Shown in pieces: positions 20,160-27,079 of a DNA stretch of 32,000 bases. Below the pieces are notes generated by a model. The model was not told the DNA's origin, ran no database searches, and saw nothing but the letters and a program-made list of their open reading frames with translations. Source of the DNA: Acaryochloris marina S15. Lineage in GTDB: Bacteria > Cyanobacteriota > Cyanobacteriia > Thermosynechococcales > Thermosynechococcaceae. Location: positions 1,350,001 to 1,382,000 of the forward strand of contig NZ_CP064923.1 of assembly GCF_018336915.1 (NCBI RefSeq), in the 5' to 3' direction. A program made the position numbers and the translations under genes. How positions within the stretch are numbered: the stretch's first letter is position 1; each line of letters begins with the position of its first letter.

Positions 20160-23100
20160 CTATGATCCTTGGCATACGGATAACTGTTCCTGGGGATGAC
20201 TGTCTAAATAATCAGCCAGCCAATGGCAGCCTCGCTGTAATAAGGCATCCAAATGTTCTTGAGGAGTCTCAGACAGTTGCCAAGTCTGAACGGTTCCATC
20301 ATTGGCGACGGACGTCAATTGCTGACCCTTACTGTCAAAGCTGAGATCTTGGATCACCGTAGCGTGACCATCAAATTCCATTTGTAGGTTTCCTTGTAAG
20401 TCCCAAATTTGGATATTGCCATCTGTTGAGCCGGTGGCGATGCGTTGGCCATCAGGACTAAAACGGAGACGATACACAGAGCTTGGATAATTGCGAAAAG
20501 AAGTGAGCAGTTGGCCCTGTCGTGTCCAGAGACGAATTTGACCATCTTCCGATGCGGTGGCGAGGGTCTGGCCATCGGGACTAAAGTGACCGTCATACAC
20601 TGCCCCTTGGTGATCGGGCAGTTGAGCTATCAGATCCCCTGTTAGGGTCCATAATCGGGCAGTACCGTCCTCAGAGGTGGTTAAGAGGTGTCGAGCATCG
20701 GGACTGAAGCGAACGCTATAGACCGCCCCAGAATGGCCTTTCAGTGAAGCCTGCTGCTCTCCCTGGTGATTCCAGAGTTTAACGGTCTCATCCCGAGAAG
20801 CTGTTGCTAGGAGATTGTTTTGGGGGTTGAGTTGGATATTGTAAATGGTATCTTTGTGAGCTTGGAACGTTTGGAGTAGCTTGTCTTTCTGGTATAAGTG
20901 AACGGTGCCTTGCTTGGTGGCTGCTGCCAGTAGTTGTTTTTGAGCCTGGAAGCTCAGACTCGTAACAGCATTGACCTGACTTTGTAGTTGTTTGAAGTTG
21001 GGTTGGGTCGGTTTCCCGATTGACATAGAACCATTCACCCAAGCTGTGATTAAATCCTGGCTGTCAATACTGAAATTCAAACTGGCGATTCTACCTTGAA
21101 GCTGCCGCTGTTGTTGCGCGAGCCAAGTCGAACGAACCTGCCAGATATGGGCACTATCTTCATCATTGGAGGCGGTGGCCAGGAGATTCCCTTGGGGACT
21201 AAACCGAGCGCTATAGACAGCGCCTTGGTGCCCCCTCAATACCTGTAATGCCTGTCCAGATTGATCCCATAGCCGAATGGTTTTATCCCCGGAAGCAGAG
21301 GCTATCCACTGACCTGCTGCACTAAAACTAACGTCGTAAACGGCCCCTTGGTGGCCCCTGAAGATCTTTAAGGGTTTTCCTTGGATGCTCCACAATCGCA
21401 CCGTTTGATCCGCCCCTGCCGTGACGAGTTGCTGCCCATCTGGACTAAAGCTCACATCATAGATAGCGCCTTGATGTCCTGTTAGAACCAATAGCTGCTT
21501 GCCAGTAGGGGTCCAGATGCGGATTGTCCCATCCCGGGAGGTTGTGGCAATCCTTTGGCTGTCGGGACTAATACTAATGGCATAGATTGAGTCTTGATGC
21601 TGTTGGAATCGCAAACGTTGACGCCCTTGGCGATCGAACACAATGGCGGTGCCATCCTTCGAGGCTGAGGCGATATAGTTGCCGTCTCCACTCCAACTGA
21701 GGTCATAGATATCGCCTTGATGTCCTTGCAAGATCTGTACCGTTCGTCCCGACCGGGTCCATAAGCGAATGGTTCGATCTTGAGAGGCGGTAGCCAGAAG
21801 CTGTCCATCAGGACTAAAGGCAATATTGTAGATATCGCCTTGGTGTCCAGTAAGAACCTTTTGGGTTTGTCCTTGCAGGTTCCACAGGCGGGCGGTACCA
21901 TCCCGAGAGGCGGTGGCAATCGACTGGCCATCGGGACTAAAACTGATGCTATTAACCGTGGCTGTATGACCTTCTAAGCGGTTGCGCTCCCAGATATGCT
22001 GCAAGATTTCTTGTAAGGCGATTAAGGGTGTGGTGGTGGGATAGCTTTGTAAAGACTGATGTTGACTCACAAGAGGCCGGAGATTTTGACCGGATTCCAG
22101 GGCCGTGAGTAGGGCTGCAATCTGGTCAAAGTCAAATTGCTGGAGTGCACTTTTACCGGCCCATTCAATGGATTGGGTTTGGGCAATTTGTTGTTGCTGC
22201 AAGGCATGGTTCACCCAGATAGAGGTCGAAATGGCACCTATCAAGGACAGAGCCAGAATTCCTGTGCCTAACCGTAGTTTACGTTTGGCGTCGGCATAGG
22301 CTGCGGCTAGGGTCTGTTTGGCTTGTTTTTCGGCATCGAGTTGGGTGCTTAGACGCTCTAAGTCTCTCGCCTTACGCTCATTGTCAATGGCGATTTGCTT
22401 ATCTAAAGCTTGACTGGCCGCTAGGAATTGGTAATCTTGGTTGCTGAGTTGCTGCTCTTGAGACCAGTCAAAGGCATCTTGTAAGGCCTGACCTCTTAGC
22501 AGGCGAGAGGTATCTTGACGGTCGGATCGTTCCCAGGCCTGCATCATTTCCGCATAGGGGCGCAGGGCAGCCAGTTCCTGTTCTATCCAGCTTGGGTTGA
22601 AAATGTGACGGTAGATACGGTTATAGACGGTTAGTTGCCCTTGTCGACTGACCACTAACCCAGACAGCTGGAGTTCACTGTGGGCCGCACTACCATCGGC
22701 AACCACGAATTCTTGGTCTAGGATCTGGCGATACAGGCCCAGGAGTTGTCCTGTGCGGGCTGGGTGGTGTTGGAGTCGATCACGGATCGTGCGTAAATGG
22801 ACGGGCTCGTCTTGGGTGGACCAATGATTTATGACGTGAGATCGCACCAAGGCTGCAATACTATTTTCCTCTTGTCCTGCCGGGATTTTAGCCTGTTTCT
22901 GAATCACTAATTGGCACAGCTTCTGAGATAGAAAAGGTTGCCCCCCAGTCCAGGCTACTATGGCTTGCAATACAGCTTCTGTATTGGACGCATAAGACTG
23001 CAGTCCCTGCTGGAGTGGCCGAGCTTCTTCTGGGGTGAATCCAGCCAGTTCGATCGCATGGCCAATATTAAATAGGGTTTGGGTTTTATCTTGAATCAGA

Positions 23101-23663
23101 TCAGAAGGGGTCGCGACACCAAATAAGGCGAAGGTTAACCGGTTATAAACGCCATTCTCTGCTCGTTGATTATAAAACAAGCGAATTAAAGCAAAAAAGT
23201 CATCGACGGAGAATGGAAGGCTGAGAATTTTGTCAATTTCGTCAATAAAGATAAAAATCTTACGGTCAGGAACGTACTGGTACAACACCTCATCGATAAA
23301 GTGCTTTAGCTGCTGTACAGGCGATAAATAAGCTTGGGCCTGTAGCCATTGCTTGAGGTTAAGCTGGTCTGTCAGAGCTAACCCTTGCCAGAGTTGAACC
23401 ATCAGACTGGCATACCACTGTTGCTCCTGTACTTGGCTACCCGGCAGGGTCATATCCATGGAGACACAGGAGTGCTGCTGATCGGCCAGATAGTTCATGG
23501 CCCGGACTTTTAGGCTCGACTTCCCCATTTGGCGACTGTTGAAGACATAGCAGAAATCTCCCTGGCTGAGGGCTGCTAACAGTTCATGATCGGCTTGCCG
23601 GGTGACATAGGAAGGATGGTCGTAGCCTAAACTACCGCCAACTTTATAGGCTGTCGAATTCAT
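20160..23663 (-). CDS. P-loop NTPase (STAND/AAA-like) - coiled coil - hydrophobic helix - 14x WD40 repeat protein
   Basis: 1167 aa. The N-terminus reads YKVGGSLGYDHPSYVTRQADHELL...VFNSRQMGKSSL (Walker A), then IFIFIDEIDK (Walker B), DDFFALIRLFYNQRA, FALFGVATPSDLIQD and WTGGQPFLSQKLC. These blocks are typical of the cyanobacterial AAA-like NTPase modules fused to WD40. A charged coiled coil (ERKARDLERLSTQLDAEKQAKQ) follows, then the hydrophobic helix GTGILALSLIGAISTSIWV (nt 22212-22268), then 14 GH...WD-type repeats. Confidence 0.9.
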   Translation of the reverse strand: MNSTAYKVGGSLGYDHPSYVTRQADHELLAALSQGDFCYVFNSRQMGKSSLKVRAMNYLADQQHSCVSMDMTLPGSQVQEQQWYASLMVQLWQGLALTDQLNLKQWLQAQAYLSPVQQLKHFIDEVLYQYVPDRKIFIFIDEIDKILSLPFSVDDFFALIRLFYNQRAENGVYNRLTFALFGVATPSDLIQDKTQTLFNIGHAIELAGFTPEEARPLQQGLQSYASNTEAVLQAIVAWTGGQPFLSQKLCQLVIQKQAKIPAGQEENSIAALVRSHVINHWSTQDEPVHLRTIRDRLQHHPARTGQLLGLYRQILDQEFVVADGSAAHSELQLSGLVVSRQGQLTVYNRIYRHIFNPSWIEQELAALRPYAEMMQAWERSDRQDTSRLLRGQALQDAFDWSQEQQLSNQDYQFLAASQALDKQIAIDNERKARDLERLSTQLDAEKQAKQTLAAAYADAKRKLRLGTGILALSLIGAISTSIWVNHALQQQQIAQTQSIEWAGKSALQQFDFDQIAALLTALESGQNLRPLVSQHQSLQSYPTTTPLIALQEILQHIWERNRLEGHTATVNSISFSPDGQSIATASRDGTARLWNLQGQTQKVLTGHQGDIYNIAFSPDGQLLATASQDRTIRLWTRSGRTVQILQGHQGDIYDLSWSGDGNYIASASKDGTAIVFDRQGRQRLRFQQHQDSIYAISISPDSQRIATTSRDGTIRIWTPTGKQLLVLTGHQGAIYDVSFSPDGQQLVTAGADQTVRLWSIQGKPLKIFRGHQGAVYDVSFSAAGQWIASASGDKTIRLWDQSGQALQVLRGHQGAVYSARFSPQGNLLATASNDEDSAHIWQVRSTWLAQQQRQLQGRIASLNFSIDSQDLITAWVNGSMSIGKPTQPNFKQLQSQVNAVTSLSFQAQKQLLAAATKQGTVHLYQKDKLLQTFQAHKDTIYNIQLNPQNNLLATASRDETVKLWNHQGEQQASLKGHSGAVYSVRFSPDARHLLTTSEDGTARLWTLTGDLIAQLPDHQGAVYDGHFSPDGQTLATASEDGQIRLWTRQGQLLTSFRNYPSSVYRLRFSPDGQRIATGSTDGNIQIWDLQGNLQMEFDGHATVIQDLSFDSKGQQLTSVANDGTVQTWQLSETPQEHLDALLQRGCHWLADYLDSHPQEQLSVCQGS
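20270..21978 (-). repeat. intragenic tandem array of 14 WD40 repeat units (~41-42 codons each; enough for two 7-bladed propellers)
   Basis: I counted 14 units of the form L.GH.g.vy.v.FSPDGq.iAtaS.DgT.rLW...G in the translation. Units 8 and 9 are degenerate (LQGRIASLNFSIDSQDLITAW..., LQSQVNAVTSLSFQAQKQLLAAAT...). Confidence 0.85.
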
Positions 23664-25041
23664 GATTATTCAACGGCATATTGGCAAAGTACTGACGATA
23701 TAGCTCACAACTGGGCTGGGCATAATCCCCTGTGAGACTGACTAACCCCATGCTTTCGAGTTGATAAGCTTGAATCGGTTCTAACCGGACCTCAGGAGAT
23801 TCGGTCACCACTCGATACATGGCGGTGGCCAACTGAGGCTGGCCCTGTAAGGTATTCCACAGCCCCCGTAGATGGGTACTGTAAATACTGCTTTGGGTGG
23901 GAGCTTGTTGGAGTAGATGATTCAGCTGGAGCTGCTGGCGGCGTAGGGCATCAAAAGTGAGATGGACCAGGTAAGGATGACCACCAATGAGGGTTTTCAA
24001 GGCTTGAAAGATGTCAGGAGACTGAATTTCTAGCTTGCTATCCAGATGATATAGACGGGCTAAATCCTGCATTTGTTCAGGTGTAAAGCCCCAGAGTTTA
24101 ATCGGCCACCCCACATTAAAGGGGGATTGATGAGCATCTAGCTCAATGTAAATTTCAGTGGAATGAGCAATGACTAATCGAATTTTCTGCCAAATGGCCT
24201 GAGTATTCGCCTCTTCATTCCAAGAGCGCAGCATGGGTAAAAAATCTTGAGCAATGTGAGGATATTCAAACAGTCGATCGACGTTATCTAAAGCTAGGAC
24301 AAGGGCAACATCAACGTTGGGTAACAGATAGGTTTGAAAGTACGTCTTGCAGCTCATTAAGCTGCCATATATGTCTTCAGCCCAATACTGATCAAGTTGG
24401 GGAGGCAACCCTAATTCGCGGCAAATATTGGCACAAAACCATTGCAAAAATTTATCCAAGCTAGCGAAAATAGACGTTTCAGCTTCGCGAAAGTTCAGAT
24501 AAATTTGTTGATATTCTAAAGTCTGTGCCTGAAATAAAAGCTGGCGCAGCAATGAAGTTTTACCCATTTGGGCAGGGGCTTTAATCCGAACCAGAGCACC
24601 TACTTGCTGAATGGCTTGAGTACAGTCGGCTTCAGTGGGGGGTCTGTCGATGTAAAAGGGAGAGTTCGCAGATAGAGGCGTTCGGTAATTCAAGATAGGT
24701 AAATCTTGAGGCAAGACCGCTGCTCGCATTTGCAGCCATTTGGGATACTGTATATCTTGCAACCAGTCTCGCAAAATATTGAATTTTCCTGGCCCTTTAC
24801 TCAATAAATCTAGTTCAGCACAGCCATGATCTGTTTGACTAGCAAAAGCAGAATAAACCGTAGTCATTTGCTTTTTATAGGATTCATGGCTGGCTGCCTG
24901 GGCCAGGGGCCAAACCTCTTTATCGGGTTTGCGCCAATGCTCATAAGCAAAACGAGTCAGAAAAATATTTTTAACTTTGCCCGTTAAGTTCACTTCTTGA
25001 GCGGTATGCTTCAAGAAATCATCCCATTGGTGAGGTTTCAT
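23644..25041 (-). CDS. AAA-like (AAA_35-type) P-loop NTPase with N-terminal helical, possibly HTH-like, domain
   Basis: 465 aa. The core reads FYIDRPPTEADCTQAIQQVGALVRIKAPAQMGKTSLLRQLL (Walker A), FLQWFCANICRELGL, ALVLALDNVDRLFEYPHIAQDFLPMLRSWNEEA (Walker B region), QSPFNVGWPIKLWGFTPEQ, IGGHPYLV and CELYRQYF. This matches the block pattern I recall for the Pfam AAA_35 'AAA-like domain' family. Its stop at 23644 overlaps the downstream ATG at 23663 by 20 nt. Confidence 0.85.
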   Translation of the reverse strand: MKPHQWDDFLKHTAQEVNLTGKVKNIFLTRFAYEHWRKPDKEVWPLAQAASHESYKKQMTTVYSAFASQTDHGCAELDLLSKGPGKFNILRDWLQDIQYPKWLQMRAAVLPQDLPILNYRTPLSANSPFYIDRPPTEADCTQAIQQVGALVRIKAPAQMGKTSLLRQLLFQAQTLEYQQIYLNFREAETSIFASLDKFLQWFCANICRELGLPPQLDQYWAEDIYGSLMSCKTYFQTYLLPNVDVALVLALDNVDRLFEYPHIAQDFLPMLRSWNEEANTQAIWQKIRLVIAHSTEIYIELDAHQSPFNVGWPIKLWGFTPEQMQDLARLYHLDSKLEIQSPDIFQALKTLIGGHPYLVHLTFDALRRQQLQLNHLLQQAPTQSSIYSTHLRGLWNTLQGQPQLATAMYRVVTESPEVRLEPIQAYQLESMGLVSLTGDYAQPSCELYRQYFANMPLNNHEFDSL

Positions 25042-25280
25042 CTATTTTAATGACCCACTCAAGTCAGGATAGATAATCTTTTGGGAAGGTTGTTCATCTC
25101 TGGTTTGTATCGGTTGATTGGAAGGTCTTGAATTCCACTTGCTTCTACTTTTTTCCACTTCCAGATTAATGAGTTTCTATTTATTTATTCTTAGATTTTG
25201 GCTGCCATTAGACTGACATGCCTGGGCTTTGAGACTAATCTAACACTTGAGAGTAACCGATAAAGCTGAGTAATAAAGCA

Positions 25281-25760
25281 ATGGCTAAATCCTCTGTGAT
25301 GTTGGCTGCTGCTCTGATGGGTGCGACAGCATTTATGTCTCCTGTCCAAGCAGTAATCCTAAGTCAAGAAAGTACACAGCAAGTCCAAGAAGAGCAAACC
25401 TCTTCATTGATTGCGAATAAAACACGATCCCGACGTCATAAGCGCTACTGTTGGCGTCGATATGGTCGACTCTATTGTCGAGATGATCACAATTCCAGTC
25501 GTAATGATCGTTGGCGTCAGCAAAAGCTGAAAGAACGTCGTCGTTGGGAAAAAGAGCGAGACCGCCGTTGGCGAGAGCGTCGTCGACGCTCGGAAAAACG
25601 CCGTCGTTGGGAAAATCGTCGCCGAGATGAAGACTATTGGCGGTCTCGTCGTCGCGATCGCGACTATGAGAATGAGAATTGGCGAAAAGGAGATCGACGA
25701 GGTGATTTCCAAGATAAGCTAGACCGCTGGCTTAATCGTGGCCGTGATGATGACGATTAA
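25281..25760 (+). CDS. secreted Arg/Trp/Asp/Glu-rich repeat protein (hypothetical)
   Basis: 159 aa. It has an N-terminal signal peptide MAKSSVMLAAALMGATAFMSPVQA. About 100 aa follow that are dominated by R, W, D and E, with Trp recurring every 8-14 residues (RRRWEKERDRRWRERRRRSEKRRRWENRRRDEDYWRSRRRDRDYENENWRKGD...). A strong terminator follows. Confidence 0.65.
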   Translation: MAKSSVMLAAALMGATAFMSPVQAVILSQESTQQVQEEQTSSLIANKTRSRRHKRYCWRRYGRLYCRDDHNSSRNDRWRQQKLKERRRWEKERDRRWRERRRRSEKRRRWENRRRDEDYWRSRRRDRDYENENWRKGDRRGDFQDKLDRWLNRGRDDDD

Positions 25761-25811
25761 GCGCCATTCATTGAAAGTGTCTTAGTACCCCAATAAGCCC
25801 GTGTAAATGTT

Positions 25812-25852
25812 GCTCAGTAGTTAGATGTCTTCTAACTACTGAGCGATTTTTT
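25812..25852 (+). terminator. Rho-independent terminator after the R/W-rich gene
   Basis: Perfect 14-bp stem, gctcagtagttaga (25812-25825) pairing with tctaactactgagc (25831-25844), with a 5-nt loop, followed by gatttttt. Confidence 0.8.
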
Positions 25853-25902
25853 CATCAGTATCTCTAGGAAATGCGTTCTATTCAGTGTCTGAGTCTAACT
25901 AT

Positions 25903-26085
25903 ATGTCTGTGTCTTTGACCGAAGCTTTCGCCCGAGACCCTGATTGGAACATTATTCCCATAGCTGATCGACCCCGCGCTCAAGAACTTGCTACTCTCAT
26001 TTGCACACAGGTCGATCTTCCCCGAAGCCAAAAAGGAGAAGAATATTATGGATGGCTGATCGAATTGAACAGAATGATTAACTAA
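25903..26085 (+). CDS. small hypothetical protein
   Basis: The track ORF is 25885-26085 with a GTG start. An ATG at 25903 gives MSVSLTEAFARDPDWNIIPIADRPRAQELATLICTQVDLPRSQKGEEYYGWLIELNRMIN. No recognisable motif; the support is ORF length only. Confidence 0.3.
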   Translation: MSVSLTEAFARDPDWNIIPIADRPRAQELATLICTQVDLPRSQKGEEYYGWLIELNRMIN

Positions 26086-26112
26086 AAGCTAGGTTATTTA
26101 GCCACGCACCCA

Positions 26113-26259
26113 TTAATCGCAGGGAGGATACTTACAGTCAGGATTTGTTTGCTGTGGCGGTGCTTCAATCGCTGAATGGAAGTTGGCTCTGTAGGCAGAG
26201 ACGCTGAACCCGCTAATCAAGACAAGGCTAAACGATATCAATAGAGTCTTGAAATTCAT
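26113..26259 (-). CDS. small secreted peptide precursor with C-terminal Cys loop (hypothetical; below the ORF-track size cutoff)
   Basis: My hand translation of the minus strand from ATG 26259-26257 to TAA 26115-26113 gives 48 aa, MNFKTLLISFSLVLISGFSVSAYRANFHSAIEAPPQQTNPDCKYPPCD. It has a clear signal-peptide-like N-terminus and a C-x4-C at the C-terminus. It is on the same strand as, and downstream of, kptA. Confidence 0.35.
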   Translation of the reverse strand: MNFKTLLISFSLVLISGFSVSAYRANFHSAIEAPPQQTNPDCKYPPCD

Positions 26260-26440
26260 AGCAATAATGGTGCCGTTGGAGGGACAGCCTGAACACTGGT
26301 GAAAATGTAAATTCGAAAGCGAGAAATGGTGTCAGTATTAAGCCAATGATTCCCGTTTGCTTTCTATATCAAACATCTCTATTGTATGGTTTTTATTTGT
26401 CTATCGCAATAGTGTTTAGGGACTATTGATTGAGCTGGCT

Positions 26441-26986
26441 TTATTCTACTTCTACTAAATACTGAGTGGGCACATAATCGGTGAGCCAAACGCCATTTTC
26501 GGAACAATAAAAAAGATAGCCATCAGTTTGCATTTTTAGGGCATTAATTTCTAACACAGTGGGCTTGCCATGTCGTCTGCCTACTGCGATCGCAATTTCG
26601 TATGACGCTGATAGATGAACGTGTTGACGCCCAGAAGGGAGTAAGCCACTCGCCATGATAGACGCTAAAAACCGTGTGGCTGTTCCATGAAATAAAACAG
26701 AAGGTGGTGTCAAAGGTAATAAATCTAAGTTGACCGGAATGGAATGTCCTTGGTTAGCTCGAATATATTGCCCATCTTCACTTAATTTAAAACGCTGCTT
26801 ATCATTAGAAATAACCACTTTTTTGATGATTTCTTCAGATAAAGAATGGTCATGTTTGTCAGCACATTGAATTAAGTCAGAAACGGCTGCCCAGCCACCC
26901 GCATTAAGCTCTAAATCAATGGCCTCTGGCCGATGGCGGAGAATATAGCTGAGAAACTTGCTCACAGCTTTTAACGGTTGGTCCAT
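26441..26986 (-). CDS. kptA: RNA 2'-phosphotransferase, Tpt1/KptA family
   Basis: 181 aa with Tpt1/KptA blocks: VSKFLSYILRHRPE, GGWAAVSDLI, QRFKLSEDGQYIRANQGHS, LFHGTA, GRQHVHLS. Confidence 0.85.
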   Translation of the reverse strand: MDQPLKAVSKFLSYILRHRPEAIDLELNAGGWAAVSDLIQCADKHDHSLSEEIIKKVVISNDKQRFKLSEDGQYIRANQGHSIPVNLDLLPLTPPSVLFHGTATRFLASIMASGLLPSGRQHVHLSASYEIAIAVGRRHGKPTVLEINALKMQTDGYLFYCSENGVWLTDYVPTQYLVEVE

Positions 26987-27079
26987 ATTTGAAGAATGCC
27001 ATTACGAATACTGTGAGTCTGCAAGAGCCGAATTCACGGACTTACTATCCATCCAGACGATTGTAGTCAGTGAATTGGA

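Noticed and set aside
20141-20163. A small hairpin (atagcc-tgaga-ggctat) lies between the convergent FHA and WD40 genes and could be a bidirectional terminator.
   Set aside because: It has only a 6-bp stem, no flanking T/A tracts, and overlaps the WD40 stop codon. That is too weak to call.
20354-21931. Alternative-frame and antisense ORFs lie inside the WD40 gene (20354-20596, 20445-20645, 20788-21042, 21482-21931, 21780-21977).
   Set aside because: The repetitive WD40 coding sequence keeps other frames open by chance. None has independent support.
20270-21978. The ~125-bp periodicity could be mistaken for a CRISPR-like or other non-coding repeat array.
   Set aside because: The periodicity is fully explained by in-frame WD40 repeats within one long ORF. 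There are no short identical direct repeats separated by unique spacers, and no cas genes.
25404-25712. A 102-aa ORF lies antisense to the R/W-rich gene.
   Set aside because: It is generated by the reverse complement of CGN/GAN-rich repeats. It lacks a start context or signal. The sense ORF has a signal peptide and a perfect downstream terminator.
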